From positions 34,100,001 through 34,164,000 of the forward strand of contig OX597816.1 of NCBI GenBank assembly GCA_951406725.2: DNA of 64,000 nucleotides, read 5' to 3'. The translations under genes were made by a program, and so were the position numbers. This DNA is from Octopus vulgaris (Eukaryota). Every line of letters begins with the position of its first letter. The stretch's first letter is position 1. This document shows positions 1-14,407 of this stretch, one piece after another. The notes beneath the pieces are model-generated. The model did not search any database and was not told where the DNA came from. It saw nothing but the letters and a program-made list of their open reading frames with translations.

Positions 1-1863
1 CGAATAGTATATCACGCTATCTATTTGGTCACTACTATTTTTTACGAATTATAACCAGGAATATAGTAGCTAAACTCTGGTAGTGATCACGCTTTTACTG
101 AGTTACAAAAGACGTAATTAAGGAGCATTGTATCATGATGTACGACTAGGTGTACTAAACTGGAGAAATGGCTTCACAGTGATGTATTTTCGTTTCACAT
201 CTTCTAGTCATCGAAGTGGTTGTTTTCACTGTAACTTTTAAAGTTGAGAACTAGTATCAGGAATGTACATGAACATTCTAATATTTCTGTCTTTTATTTA
301 CACCTATGCAACATATATTCACACAGACGTGCGGGCATGCACAACACATGTATCCCGCGAACACATCACACACATACACACACGCACACACACAAATTAG
401 AACTGTCTTACGTAAATGAAAATAATCAATAAGATTGATACTTGTTTTATACGGAAGTTTCACTCCATCTATGAACATCTTTCATTAATAGAAACGCTCT
501 TAGATTCTTCTGCAATAAAATTCGATATCCTAGTCTGCACGAACAGCAAACGAAATATTCTGTGCATGTCTAAGAAAGATCATAAGGATATACGATGAAA
601 AGTATCTACAGTCACAGCTGGCATATCTTTGATCATATTATATTGCTCGATCAGGACTGGCCTATGGTTTAAACCACCTCCACCACAATCTCAACAATAA
701 CGTCAATGTATATTACGTCATATAGTAAGAATAACGTGCAAGCCACATTTCCAGTCACAGCTTTAAAAGGAAATGGATAATTTTACAGAAGCTGTATATT
801 TGGTAACTTTAAAGGAAGGAGCTATCTAAGAGACTGTGTTGCAACCAGTTACATCATATAATATAACCTATCTGTGACAATTGATGCCATTCGTATTTTG
901 TGTTGATTCCTTTTGACAATTTATAGTATTTGTTATGCCCAATCTTCCTCTCTCCTTGACGAGTACTCTTCTATTTTTCATTGATTATATTTAAATAGAT
1001 AAGCAGATTGGCCATGAAAATAGTTGATACTATTGTGAAATAAATCAATGTTCATGTAAGTCACAGGAAATTTCCCAAATTTCCAAATAATTTTCATAAG
1101 AAGTTTTTATCTGATCCAAACCTGAATGTAAATGACTTTCTGTTACTAACCTCAAACTGTATCGCAGATATTCTATCAAACAAATGAAGTAATGTGTGTA
1201 TATATTTTCCAGCATATACTGAAGGTAGTTGTCTATTTAAAAAATAAAATAATAGGTGAATTAATCTCGCCTATTCATTGGTGTAATTTACGGTTCAACA
1301 TTTACGTTAAATGAACAAATGTAAAATTTACAACAATGAAAGAACCTATTTATTATTATTATTATATATAAGAAATAAATTTACGGTTGTTCGTACCTGT
1401 GTGCTTGTGTGTTTGTATAATTGTCTTAACGCACAAGCTTCATACTGTCCTTCATATATTGAACGGCCACACTGAATATACTATCTGAATTGTTTTCTAT
1501 TAACGAAAGAATTATCATCCCATCTGTTCTGATGCTAATACAACAATTGCATAGTGGGAAAACTATGCAATTTAAATGAATAATTAATTTATATATTCTG
1601 TACGTTCGCAGATGTTAATCAATAATTTATAAAGAACATCTTGTCAACAACATCGTGTTCTTAGTTTGATTCCACGTAAGAGTCTCCAAACTGCATTACG
1701 TCTGGGAATGACTGCATTTGTAATAATCTAGACTTTCATAATCTTTACAGTGGCGATAAACGCCAGTCAATGGCTATTTATCTGAAACGGTAAGCGGGGC
1801 CTGGAAATATTTGTTACATTTTTTTCTTGGAAAAATATGTGGAAATAAGATGTTTTTGAACTA

Positions 1864-2704
1864 TACGTGGTCTGAACAATGAGTATCAGTATCGTTGCCA
1901 TTGTTACAGAGTAAAGCCGCTTGGCGACGATTGATCCTGAACTCTGCTGTGCTTGCACACTAAGTTTCGACGTTCTAGTTCACTTCTGATGTTAACAGTA
2001 ATGCTTAGGAAAAGGTGATTAGCGTGTGATCGTCGCATTGACAACGATAGAGAAAGCTGAGCAGAGAACCTGCATCAAATTTTGCCGAAAGCTCGGTGAT
2101 AGTTACTCAGAGTCATACGCAAAGATTTCAAAAAGTTTTCAGCGTTCTCGACACAATCAAGATCTTGTGCAACTGAAACCCTAGTATGTTTTGGTCAGTT
2201 GAAAGCAGTTTTGTCACAAACTTACCCGACACATACGCGTCTCATACACACAAATCTTGAGGAATAATGGACTTAACTGAACCGTATATAATCTGCATAT
2301 CCTTCGATAACTCACGGATGGTGATTCAGCGATTTCCCTTCACAGCTGCCCGCACATCTGCGATGTTTTTCGCAGTTCTGCCGGTTGCGATTCTCGTAAA
2401 TATCGACATTTTTTCAGCCGTCTTGGAAACGTTTGTACCACTTGTACAATTGTTTGCGACACATACTGGCCGCTGAGCAGATTTCGCCATAATAACTTCC
2501 TCCATCATGATGACAGCGACGATCACACGATACACACCTTCGTTCCAAGCACTGCTGTAAACAGCGGAAGTGAACTAGAACGTTAACAGTTGGTGCGCTT
2601 GTACAGTAGAGTTCATGGTCAATCTTCACTAAGTGACTTCATTCTGTGTACTTTAGCTACATTACTATGGCAACAATCCGGATACATATTGATCAGATTT
2701 CGTA
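1864..2704. mobile_element. Mariner-derived fold-back MITE (two inverted 5' ends)
   Basis: The TA-flanked ends TAcgtggtctgaacaatgagtatc / gatacatattgatcagatttcgTA are inverted, and inverted similarity extends ~200 bp inward. The + strand gives EKAEQRTCIKFCRKLG (mariner N-terminus); the - strand gives degenerate MRRV..KFV.KLLS.DQ. Confidence 0.8.
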
Positions 2705-3689
2705 TCTCTCGTATTCAGTATATTGCTAGCACTATGTAACGATTATTATTATCTCCTATATTTTCAGATGAGAGACACGAGTTGGGTGGAAACTGAAATT
2801 TTCGTCTAATATTGTCCCGGAAAGCAATATTTGTCATCTTCTTTATCGCTTTACGGTTTTGACACTTACATATAATCAAATGTTGCTTTATACATTTTAG
2901 TACATTGTCTCTAAATTGGTAAATTTTTAAAGGGAGATAATATCGAAAACGTTGCAGTTGCAATAGGGAAATCTAATTCAACAAGCAGCTAAAAATGTAT
3001 TTAAAAAACTTCTTTTAAAGCTATTTCAAGGAAGCATAAAAGCTGAGTAATTTTCAGTGAAGTGTAATACATAAAAAGAAAGCAGCCGAAAATTTAGAAA
3101 TATTTAATGAAATATTTACAACGCAAAAAATATTTCTCACACTGAGAGATTTATTATCATTATTTCTGCTTGAGACAGCATTACGTTGCGTACGTTATAT
3201 ACATCAACAAAATTTATATGAATGAGCTTGTGAAGTGTATGAAACCCTATAAATTCGTGGACGTTTAAGAGCGTAGAAGAAATTATAATAGTAAGATTTT
3301 GCTACGTCGGATATCACAGTGTGAATGTGTTCTCTAGAGAGGAAGATTTAGCAGCTTTCTAAGATTTCTTCTTACAGTACTTTCCATAAGATAGCTGTTC
3401 ACTCAATCATTCATTACATCTCAGGCAATTTTCGTTGGTTAAAATGTATGTGTAATACCATTGGATTTACGCAACCGGCTATACACTTCAGCTTAAACAT
3501 GTATTTCTGAACCTAAGAAAACTCTATGGCAGCGACGGTGTAGATTGATGTAAGATTTTTGGGTGCGAACAGAAAAAAAATACAATGTGACCGAAAAATT
3601 CCTTTAGCTCAAAGATCCTGGAAAAAATAGCCTGTTTCTACGCATGAACCTGGCGGCGGTTCAAGCTTGTTACGTGATTACCAACGAAC

Positions 3690-4130
3690 TGTACCTCCGT
3701 TATTCTTAGGCAAATTGCATCCTTCTTTCTCGGTTGTAAAAAGGTGGAGAAATTCCCACCAGAATGTCATTGGTGTTGTTGGAACACGGCGTTGTGAGGT
3801 GTAACCGTGAACAGATGCTCTTTCTCCGAATGGTGACGGCGTCTCATGGTCGATACTATACATGGCACTCTACAGGAACACGTTACCAGTTACACCATGT
3901 TGGATTTGAAATGTAGGCCGTTCTTCGTTGGCATGGTTGTTCAGATTGCTTATTGGTTTACATAGTGTGTGTCCAGTGAGTTGTTGATTTGCGTGCGGTA
4001 GAGTTTGAGTATGCAGTCCCGTCTATTGATTCTCTCGGGAAGACTAGACAAGACATCCCGACGTTGTTTGTAAATAACTTTTCCGCGTCTCACAGTAGTA
4101 GGATGAGCCAATTATAGAAGCGGTGTTGAA
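3690..4130 (-). mobile_element. Possible highly decayed LINE apurinic-endonuclease fragment
   Basis: Scattered minus-strand peptides (CLVF.., AMYS, DILVG) loosely follow APE motif order. Evidence is weak. Confidence 0.2.
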
Positions 4131-4429
4131 TTTTTTCTTCGGATGGTCTCCTCTCTGGTGATTGGTTATTTTCATTGTGATTTCTTGCGTTACTTTTGAT
4201 ATAGAATGAAAGACAATGATCAACGCAGAGACCCAGACACGTGATTATGAGGAAGACGATGACGATGATGATGACGATGGGGATGATGATGATGATGCAC
4301 GCCCCATAATTTTGTGGAGAGAGGTGTGAGTCAACTACATCGACACTGAAAATGAAAGAAACCAGTATGAATGAACGCGACAATCACCCCAAAATTCGCA
4401 ACTCTAACCAAAACCTGAAAGTAATTGGT

Positions 4430-5946
4430 AAAATTTGTCTTGCACTTAAAGACATCATCTAAGCTAATGATTTTTATATTAGACACCTAAAGCACCTATG
4501 CTATGCATCCATGAAGATGTCAAATATTCTATGTGATGGGAAGGTTAGAAAATGACAATTTTCCCACAAAAAGCCTATTTGGCAAGAGAGTATTCAACAC
4601 CAAATTCAGTTACTTAGGTCTGACATAAAATGTATAAAAAAATCCTAAAGTTTGACAAGAATATCAAACCAACAAAAACACGAAATTGAAAGAAAAATAT
4701 AATATGAAAACCATACTTGACATCGGTACAACCATAGAAACTCTCAAGCAAAAGATATGTGCTAATGCTTCCCGTAGAAAACGGTATAAACAGAGCATTA
4801 GATTCTTGAAGGACAACATGTTCAAAAATAACACAAAACATCTTTACATGTAGATAGGGAAAATATCAATTATAGAAAAGTCTGTCTCATGAAAAGAAGT
4901 GCAGGAATTTTCGAATAAAATCTGGATCGAATTAAAAATCACAACAATAAAGCCCCTCGGACTATTAGAATATCTGGAGACTTTGAGCAAAATTGGGAGG
5001 GTATCAAGGTGGAGGATGTAAGATCTGCTCAGTGGAAGTCAATCAAATGAAAGTCTCCAGGGAAGAATAAAATTCCTAACTTCTGCTTGAATGCCTTCCC
5101 AGAATGTAATGAAGTGCAAGCAAAACTTTACAACAGTATTTTACAACATGCTAGTACGATTCTTGGCCAGTTAACAATATTGCATTTTTACTTTCAAAAC
5201 GAGGTGAAACAAATGAATAAAGAAATTATAGACTCCTAACCTGCTTAAAAACAATGCATAAAATACTAATATATCTCTTGACTGAGTGCATCATTTCCTA
5301 ATGGAAAGTGGCATCTTCCCTAATGAGCAAATAGGTTGCAAACGTGGGTCTTTTAGTTGTAAACAGCCGCTACTCATCAATAAAACGATCTAGGAAGATT
5401 TTCACAAACAATACAAGAACTTGTCGATAGCCTGGATAGATTGTAAAAAAAGCTTTAGATAGCTGGATTTAGAAATACCTGGAAACTTTTAAAGTAGCAC
5501 CTATTCTGCGAAACTTCATGTCTGTAAGTATGAGGTCAGGGAGAACCTTACTGAATTTGAACAGTGACTATCAAATAAAATTTGGCAAAATGCTGAACTA
5601 GAACAAAACCTGTTATCATAAGTGCACTGAGAATGATATCCAGAGTGACTGATTGCTTCCTATATCAGTTACATGGAAATCCAAATTTGACAGAAATTCA
5701 AAAAATAGTGCTCATGGGAACTGACCATATCCTACGTAAAATACTGTCTATAGAATCTTGAATTGTAAAATCAACTTATACGATTCTTATATTTTCTTAA
5801 ACATTCTCTAGAATAATAACTTGTGCAAAACCAAATATATGGCACCCTAGTGATAACGCCAACTTGAACTTCTAGCTTGTGGTCTCTTGGGGTGTCTGGG
5901 TCATACTTGGAATCAACTTGTAGAAGTACAAAGGCAAAGTCAAACA

Positions 5947-5947
<1 letters not shown>
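4430..5947 (+). mobile_element. Degenerate, internally deleted R4/Dong-type non-LTR retrotransposon (family A) ending in (TAA)n
   Basis: Frameshifted RT motifs NYR.LTCLKTMHKIL, EQIGCKRGSFSCKQPLLINK and NLSIAWIDCKKA; C-terminal IQKIVLMGTDHILRKIL; the 3'UTR ..caaaggcaaagtcaaac runs straight into (TAA)n. Confidence 0.8.
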
Positions 5948-6023
<76 letters not shown>

Positions 6024-6040
6024 TAACAATAACAATAACA

Positions 6041-6119
<79 letters not shown>

Positions 6120-6228
6120 TAACAATAATAATAACAATAACAACAACAACAACAACAACACTAATAATAATAATAATAATAATTATAATAATAATAATAA
6201 TAATAATAATGATAATAATAATAATAAT
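5948..6228 (+). repeat. (TAA)n/(CAA)n microsatellite
   Basis: Directly visible. Confidence 0.98.
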
Positions 6229-6229
6229 C

Positions 6230-6410
6230 TTTTTTGCTCTGAGCAGAAGGCCTGAAGTTTTGGGCGAGGAGAATAGCTGCTTCCCTCTACCCAGGTACAA
6301 ATTTGGTAGTAAATTTATCGTCCCAGAAAGGATGAAATGCAGAGTCGACCTCGGCGAAATTAGGACTCAGAACGTAAGGACGAACGCAATCCCCTTAAGC
6401 ATTTCGTTCG
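6230..6410 (-). mobile_element. tRNA-derived SINE fragment (same family as 17998-18229)
   Basis: Shares gaaaggatgaaa..gtcgacctcggc..actcagaacgta with the other copies. Confidence 0.7.
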
Positions 6411-6505
6411 ACATTCATCCATTCATGTTGTTACTATTATTATTATTATTATTCAGTAGTTTTATTTTTATAGCGTGCTTTCACTTCACTTTATTATTAT
6501 TATTA

Positions 6506-6606
<101 letters not shown>

Positions 6607-6616
6607 TGTTGTTGTT

Positions 6617-7105
6617 TGACTTTTGCTTTACATTAGTACAAGTTGAGTCCAAGTGTCACCCAGAGTCCTCAAGAGACAACTAGTTAGAAGTTCATGTTGG
6701 TGTTATGCCTCGGGTGTCATATATTTGGTTTTGTACATATTGTTGCTCTAGAGAATGTTTCACAAACCATAAAAAAATCATGTTTGTTTTAAAACTTGAG
6801 ATTACATTGATACCATTCTGCGTAGGATATGGGCAGTTCCCACGAACACTATCGTTTGAATTTCTGCAATGTTGGGGTTATCTATCATGCCTGTTGAGAT
6901 ATTCTGTAGGCGCAAGAAGACTGCACTGGGAGACAGCATGCTCAATGATTTCAGATTGTTGTTGACATACACGACATGTTGTGCAGCTACCCATCTTTAA
7001 TATATTGGCCTGGAAGTTTCTTATAGGTAGGCATTGATCTTAGGCTGCTATAATAAACCCTTCTGTTTCTGATTTTAAGCCATATGCCCTTAAGCATTTA
7101 AGGGT
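6617..7105 (-). mobile_element. 3' fragment of R4/Dong-type LINE family A
   Basis: Minus strand LKSETEGFIIAA*DQCLP, a C..C..HAVSQC zinc knuckle and RHDR; same 3'UTR as 5760-5947; flanked by (TTA)n. Confidence 0.8.
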
Positions 7106-7121
7106 AAGTGCTTAGTTAACA

Positions 7122-7169
<48 letters not shown>

Positions 7170-7173
7170 TTGG

Positions 7174-7220
<47 letters not shown>

Positions 7221-7267
7221 TTATTAATATCATTAATATTATTATTATTAATGTTATTATTATTATC

Positions 7268-7328
<61 letters not shown>

Positions 7329-7347
7329 GTATTAGTATTATTATTAT

Positions 7348-7871
7348 TGTGTAAGAGAACATTGCAGGCCATCAAAGTGACACTAGGGTAAAATAAACGA
7401 AGCCCAGTGTAACCATCACGACTACCCGTCTGATAAGGGTACACTAGGCACATGCATCACAAACATATGTGCGTGGCATGGTGATCTCATATCAAAATAA
7501 TGAGCACATGGCCATGAAAATGGGGCCCATCCCGCTCAAAAGGTCCCTGAATAAGGGTTGTTTAAGGATGTTGAACGAAACACCCATGTTTCCAGAGGTG
7601 AATTATTAAAACCCCAAAGAATTCCTATCAGCACATGAGTATGAGGCTCCCCCACTACTGCTCGTGATCAAAGATGCACATATCGTCAGCGTCTAATGAA
7701 CATGCTCAACTGGTTAAGCTAATAAAAAAATGACAAGTAAGTCTTTGGTATTGAGCAGAATATTTGCTGTAGCCCATCTTTTATACCAAGACAAAACAAT
7801 GTACATGAAAATACTTCCAATCAGTTAAGATCAGAAGCGACGGGCGTCACTGCCTTGTACTGCATCAGTGC

Positions 7872-7873
<2 letters not shown>
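7348..7873 (-). mobile_element. Full-length copy of the ~555-bp (TAA)n-embedded non-coding element
   Basis: Reverse complement aligns end to end with 37969-38525; both sides are TTA arrays. Confidence 0.85.
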
Positions 7874-7903
<30 letters not shown>

Positions 7904-7906
<3 letters not shown>

Positions 7907-7985
7907 TGTAGTTTTATTCTTATAGCGTGCTTTCACTTCACTACCGAGCGCAGCTCTGTGTGCCTTGGGTATGTGCTGTGATTTA
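7904..7985 (-). mobile_element. 3'-UTR tip of R4/Dong-type LINE family B
   Basis: Reverse complement of 19800-19880 (cacagagctgcgctcggtagtgaagtgaaa); a shorter tip lies at ~6451-6490. Confidence 0.8.
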
Positions 7986-7998
7986 TTATTATTATTAA

Positions 7999-8080
<82 letters not shown>

Positions 8081-8139
8081 GTTGTTATTATTATTATTAT
8101 TATTATTACTACCACTACTACTACTAATACTACTACTAT

Positions 8140-8627
8140 TGAGTGAGAGAGCAGCGCATGCCATCCAAGTAACACTGAGGTACAAATATACGAAGCCTAG
8201 TATACCCATCATGACTACCCGTCTGATAAGGGTGCACCAGGCACATGCATCACAACCATATGTGCGCGACATGATTTGATATCAAGATAACTAGCACATG
8301 ATCTTGCAGTTGAGGCCCAGTTAGAATTTCCTTCGGGTAGAGTAGCCCATCCTGCTCAAAAGGTCCCTGAATAACGGATGTTTAATGATGTATAACGAAA
8401 CACTCATTTGTCCAGGGGTGAATTATTCAAAATCCAAAGAATTCCTGCGCTGCTCTCTCACTCAATAATAATAATAATGTTTCCAGAGGTGAATTATTCA
8501 AACCCCAAACAATCCCTCCCAACACTTGGCTATGATGCTCCCCCACTACGTCTGCTCGGGATCAGAGACGCACATATCGTCAGCCACTAAGGGACATGCT
8601 CAACTGGTTAAGGTCAAACAACTGACA
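8140..8627 (-). mobile_element. Rearranged copy of the 555-bp element
   Basis: Minus-strand segment 8140-8445, plus-strand terminal tip with (TAA)n 8446-8476, then a minus-strand segment restarting at atgtttccagagg 8477-8627. Confidence 0.8.
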
Positions 8628-8722
8628 TTATTATAATTGTTATTATCATTATTATTATTGTTATTATCATTATTAATATTATTAGTATTATTTTTGTTGT
8701 TGTTGTTGCTGTTGTTATTTTT

Positions 8723-8771
<49 letters not shown>

Positions 8772-9923
8772 CAGCATATTTGCATTTTCATTGGTTTAGA
8801 AACCGTTTTACTTATTTATTTTTTCAATTCATAGTCTCCAACATAAAAACGTTTCATTTTAGGAAATCAAATAAGTTTTAGGCTGAGACTAAAAAAGATT
8901 CAGAGAAAAGAGAACAAAAAAATATAATACCAGTTATAGTGACACCCGAGCAACAAGAGCAATATGCAGAGTGTCAGCGTGGACTAAGAGGCATAAAATC
9001 GATAAATCCAATCTTTTGGCTCGGCAGTAATAGCTAAAAAATAGCATCGAAGCACCTCGCTTGCGATTGATTAATTGTTTGAATATACTTGTTAAATTGG
9101 TGTTTCGAAGAAAGAGAGTGGCGGGAAAAGGGCAACAATGTGTTAGTAAAGGGAGGACGAATAATGAGACACAGAATGATACTGACAGAGAGAGAGAGAG
9201 GGGGGGGGAGAGAGAGTCAGAGACAGAGATACGTAGTTAGTTAGAGAAAGAAAGAGAGGGGAAATAAATGATTAAGTGGAAGAGAAGCAGAGCTAACGGT
9301 AAGATAAAGAAGGAAAATCGTTATAATGTGTGAAACTGTAAAAAATGATTTCGGAAAAAAATATGGAGTGTATCAACGTTACAGAACATAATATAACATA
9401 ATACATATAAAATATAAAATTGTATAACATAATATGATATAATAAAAAAAAACGTAAAAATGTGATTCAGTGCGGTTTACACGGGAAACAAATTTGGCCC
9501 CCGAATGGGTATTAGGTTCAAAGTGAATGTCAAAGATGAGAGAGAAAAAAATAGGAGGTGAGAGATTGGTACAGATTGTCACCGTGTATGTTCATATGCG
9601 ACTGTGCGAGTATGTGTAAGAGTGCAGTTTGTGAATCTTAAACAGGCACAGATATATCGCTGGGAAGTAAATAACATTGTGCGTCTATATGTGTGTGTGC
9701 GTGTGTGCTTGTGTGTGTGCGTGTGTGCGTGTGTTCGTGGGTGAGTGTATGTATGCAAAGAAGCATCCTTCCTATATGTACATTCAGATATTAAAATTTT
9801 AAATATCGTATAACATACATCATTAGAATGAAAAATATAACCCATAATCTTTCTTTCACTTCATAATGCACTTGCCCCACACAGATAGATAGATAGAGAG
9901 AGAGAGAATTTAAACATAAGTAG

Positions 9924-10250
<327 letters not shown>

Positions 10251-10254
10251 AATG

Positions 10255-10372
10255 CGACAAGTTTTATTCAGTTTCCGTCAATATATCAACAGAGACGGTT
10301 TTGGTGACCTCGAGGCTATGGTAGGAGTCACTTATTGAAAGTCCCACGCAGTGGGACTGGACCCGAACATAT
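10255..10372 (-). mobile_element. tRNA-derived SINE fragment (family of 60527-60685)
   Basis: ccacgcagtgggactggacccgaac is the reverse complement of the B-box region gggttca..cactgcgtgg. Confidence 0.55.
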
Positions 10373-10424
10373 TATATGAGTGTGTTTGTGTGTGCATGTG
10401 TGTGTGCGCACGCAAAAACTTTAT

Positions 10425-11060
10425 TCCAGGCCATCAGCATCAGTTCAAATTTTCCCTCGTTTTATTGCATGTTATTGTCTGGAGTTCAATTCGCTTTTCT
10501 CAATTGATCAATTTCTGGAGCTTGTAGTCATCAGTGCATATTTTCATTTTGCTATAATTTATAATCCTGGAAAGGTCTTTTCATAGACTATGAACTGAAG
10601 TAGACTCAAGACCAAGATGACTGACTGGGATAAGAGATGTTTTTGTATATAACCTGAGTCTAAATAATTACTCCAGGGGCGGTTTAGAAGGACTGAAAGT
10701 TTTTGTCTACATTCCTTCTAGAGATTAGCGGGGAGTCTATCAAGGCTTACAAGAGAATAGTATTTGAATTCATTTAATACTTCTATGATGTTTGAAGCAG
10801 TAAAGCTTGTGTCCGAGATTAAATGTTGAGGATTGACCTCGTTCACCTCCCTTGCGTCAATGTCAGTGGGTTCACTGAAGACAGAGCAGTATTGTTTCTG
10901 AAGTACTCATGCCATCCTGCTGGAGACTGCTGCTATCATTAGTCAGTAGATCATCGGGTGAAACAACGGTCCTATGTTTATTGGCAAATTAATGGAACAC
11001 TTTGGGATTCTCTTTGATTTTTTGATTACCCTCTGCTTCTCTGGAGCCCTTTTATATTCA
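10425..11060 (-). mobile_element. Decayed CR1/L2-type LINE reverse-transcriptase fragment
   Basis: Minus-strand peptides IGPL..RMA.VLQKQYCSVFSEP, DRLPANL.KEC..L and KICTDDYKL..NNMQ.NEGKFEL resemble CR1 RT (FADDTKL / N..KF). Confidence 0.6.
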
Positions 11061-11170
11061 ATGCCGGTTTTCATATATAAACACATATCTGTATTTCTGT
11101 GCGTAAATACTGCAACATATCTACATATGTATGTATACAAATCACGCATTTTTTCTCTGAGCACACACAC

Positions 11171-11239
<69 letters not shown>

Positions 11240-11282
11240 GAGAGAAACACACACACAGAAACACACACAAAAACATATGATT

Positions 11283-11670
11283 ATTGGAAGATCCCATAAA
11301 TAATGCGGGTCTTTTAATACTTCTTTTTTTTCAAAATTAACATAAACAAATTTCGTTCTTAATCTAAAATATACTCTCCTACATTTTCCACAATGTTCTT
11401 CCATCTATCTGATATACTTGCAAGGTCCATCATCGAAAGTTCACCTATTCGTGACGAATAATACTCCTCCAGTACTATTCTGACCTCGTCTAACGAATTC
11501 ATACCATTTCTGTCGAAATGATTTCGAAGACAGCAGAATAAATTATATTCAGATGGGGCAATATCCGCCAAATATGATGGGTAGAGCATCCTTTCCCATT
11601 CAAACTGATCCAGCATTTGAAAAGGTCATCCTTGCTCTATATGGCTGACATTTATGCTGATAGAAGAGCA
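11283..11670 (-). mobile_element. 3' end of a mariner element with TIR
   Basis: ORF 11359-11616 contains YPSYLADIAPSEYNLF (YSPDLAPSD motif) and RWKNIVENVGEYI. The TIR tattggaagatcccataaataatgcgg matches the TIR at ~16219-16246. Confidence 0.85.
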
Positions 11671-11847
11671 CCTATAAGTGATGACGAATTATGTACACTA
11701 TTTACATTTGACTGATTTTTGTCATCATCTTCTTTTCTGTTAAGCCTCCATATTTCTTCAGTTGTCTCGGGGAAATTTCGAATCAGACTTCGCCTTCCTA
11801 AGGTATATTTTGGTGTTATTAGTATTAATATTATTATTGGTATTGTT

Positions 11848-11922
11848 CAGGTCATTGGAATCGAACTCGGAATCTTGGAGTTAGTAGCGCGCGCTCTTAA
11901 CCACTACGCCATAAGCCCGTGG
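11848..11922 (-). mobile_element. tRNA-like SINE head inside a ~300-bp repeat (11690-12005)
   Basis: Minus strand TGGCGTAGTGG (A box) ..gctactaactccaag.. GAGTTCGATTCC (B box); no complete acceptor stem. Confidence 0.7.
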
Positions 11923-12540
11923 GAGTTATGGAGTGAATTTAAGGGCTTATAAATCTAATAATTTCGTATCCTTCCTTCTTACCTGCATTAAAGAAGGATA
12001 GAAAAATATTATATATATATATACAGAGAGAGAGAGACAGAGAGAGAGAGAGATGTATTTACATATATATATATACATATATACATATATATATATACAA
12101 ATACATATATATATATATATATATCGACAGATATGTAATAATCTACATATGGAAAACTCCAGAAGGGCTAGTACGTAATTCCTTTATTGATATACAGATG
12201 CCAAAATTGGACGCCATTGTACTATTCGAAATGTACCATTCGCTCTATCTAAATTCAGAACGAGTTACTTCAATAGTGTAGGGTTCAAACTCCCGCAAGA
12301 AAAATCTTTAATCTGCATAAATGGAAGTAGATGTCTGGACACACTTTTTACACCCATGTACATATTCCATCTGCCTCTGTTGGCAAACTACTCAGTTGTG
12401 TGTACTGAACCACACCGATAGCGGTTGCCAACGGGTGAAGGAGTGACAAACACATTTACAATGATAATCAGACACAGAAATATACCCTCATACACTCATA
12501 AACACAAAAAAGAATATATAAACACACACACACACACATA

Positions 12541-13387
12541 TACAAGGTCTGTTCAATAAGTATCAAGACTGGTGGCATTGTGACCAATCTAAAGCACACA
12601 AACTGAAGCCGCTTAGCAAAGATTGACTTTGAACTCTACAGTACATGCGCGAGTTTTAACTTCTGTTTAGAGCTGTGCTTACAAGGTACGTGTGTAGCGT
12701 GTGTTCGTCGCATTCACCATGAGAGAGCAAGTTCTCAGACTGATACTTACTCAAAGGCGAACGGAAACTTGTAGAATGTATATGGAGAGCTGTTTATGTG
12801 CCGCACACAAGCGTACCAGTGGTTCCAAGATGACCGAAATATGTCGACATTGCCAAACGTCCTGGGAGACCCGCAACCAGCGGAACTGAGAAAAACATTA
12901 CAGATATGCGTATTGCTGGGAGAGGAAATAATCCCATCACCATCAGTGAGTTACCAGAGAATGTGAAAATTAGTTATGCTCAGTTCATTATCACTGAAGA
13001 AGTGTGGTATGAGACACGTGCCTCCCAATTTTCTGTCAAAATTGCTTTCAGCTGATCAGAAAGGCAATCAGGTTCCAGTTGCACAAGATCTCTTTGATTC
13101 TGTCGAGAACGATGAACATTTTTCAAACCTTGTGATGGTCCCTGAACAGGTTTTGCCAAGTTTCCGAAGAGGATTCTCTGCGCAGATGTCTGTCATTGCC
13201 AATGCGACAACCACACCCTACACACGTTCCTTCCAAGCGCTGCTGTAAACAGAAGCAGTGAACTAGAGAGCCAAAGCTTAATGCGCAAACACAGCAGTAT
13301 TCACCGCCAATATGTGCCAAATGGTTTCATTCTACCTGCTTTAGCTTCGTTACTACGTCAACTGTTGATTTTTGATCAGACCACGTA
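12541..13387. mobile_element. Mariner-derived fold-back MITE, second copy of the 1864-2704 family in opposite orientation
   Basis: Ends TAcaaggtctgttcaataagtatc / ttttgatcagaccacgTA; + strand MRHVPPNFLSKLLSADQK; the right ~200 bp is an inverted copy of the 5' end. Confidence 0.8.
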
Positions 13388-14039
13388 TATGTATATACGT
13401 ACATGTATGTGTGTGTGTATACGACGGGTTTCTTTCAACTTCTGTTTACCATTAAAACAATATAAAGGTAGGTGTATGCAGATGAGAATATCTTATTATT
13501 TTCATCTATAGAGAACGAACTGGAACTAATGATTCTTTTAAAGTGATGCAATATATAATGAAAAGGCAAAAGTGCAGTCTAAGATTTACTTCGACATTTC
13601 TGATGACTAACAAATGGGAATTCAGATCCGTTATTTGTCACTGGAGACAATTCGCTATTTGATAATACCATATATATTAAGTTGATATGCTCTACGATAT
13701 TGAGAAAATCCGGGCAGTCAGAATTTTAGATAAATCTTTATTTGCGCTTTCGTTCGTTTATCAAGCTGGTCATGACAATATCAAAATCGTAATGGTAAAA
13801 CAAAACGTTTCGTTGTCCATTAAAGTGAATCGGGTGCTTTATTTGGTTTGTTTAAAAGACAAGAATATTTTTCTTGTGTTTTTGGAAATAGTGGGAATGC
13901 GAGAAAGAAAAGCAAGGGGGCGACTCAATAATAAACAGAGAGAGAGAGAGAGAGATTTCAGAACAATTAAGAAATGACAAACAGAAATGATTACGTTCGA
14001 GGGTGTATGTATATCTGTTTGTATGTGAGTAATTATGCA

Positions 14040-14407
14040 CATATATATGCTTGTTTGGTTGTCTGTCTGTTTCGTATGTATTCTCAAACGGCTTGACCAA
14101 GTCAAATCAAATTTTACATGGTAATAGTATCAGACGCTATGAGTGTCAACGTGTATTTCTGTTTTCATTTGGATTAAAACAATATAACATTGACATTGGT
14201 TCGGTATTACGTATCATAAGTGTTCAAGAGCAAGTCTATTACCTCATTTCTTTCTCTGCTACCCACAAATGAACAACCAACGTTCCTCCAAATTTACTTT
14301 AGGAGTGATGTAGGACAACAAACCCGAAGGCGACGTCAAAACTTCAGATAATGCGTGGAATGAGACACAGTGCCGACCGCCGCAACGGGCAGTGTATCCA
14401 CTGATAG
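14040..14407 (+). mobile_element. Short non-autonomous Helitron-like relic
   Basis: The 5' part (gtctgtctgt..caaacggct..atcaaa..catggtaatagtatcag) is homologous to the 5' end of the Helitron at 34930-35030; a degenerate GC hairpin ccgccgcaacgggcag lies near the 3' end. Confidence 0.55.

Noticed and set aside
11848-11922. Functional tRNA gene
   Set aside because: A/B boxes are present but there is no paired acceptor stem; it behaves as a SINE head. The same applies to 32755 and 48960.
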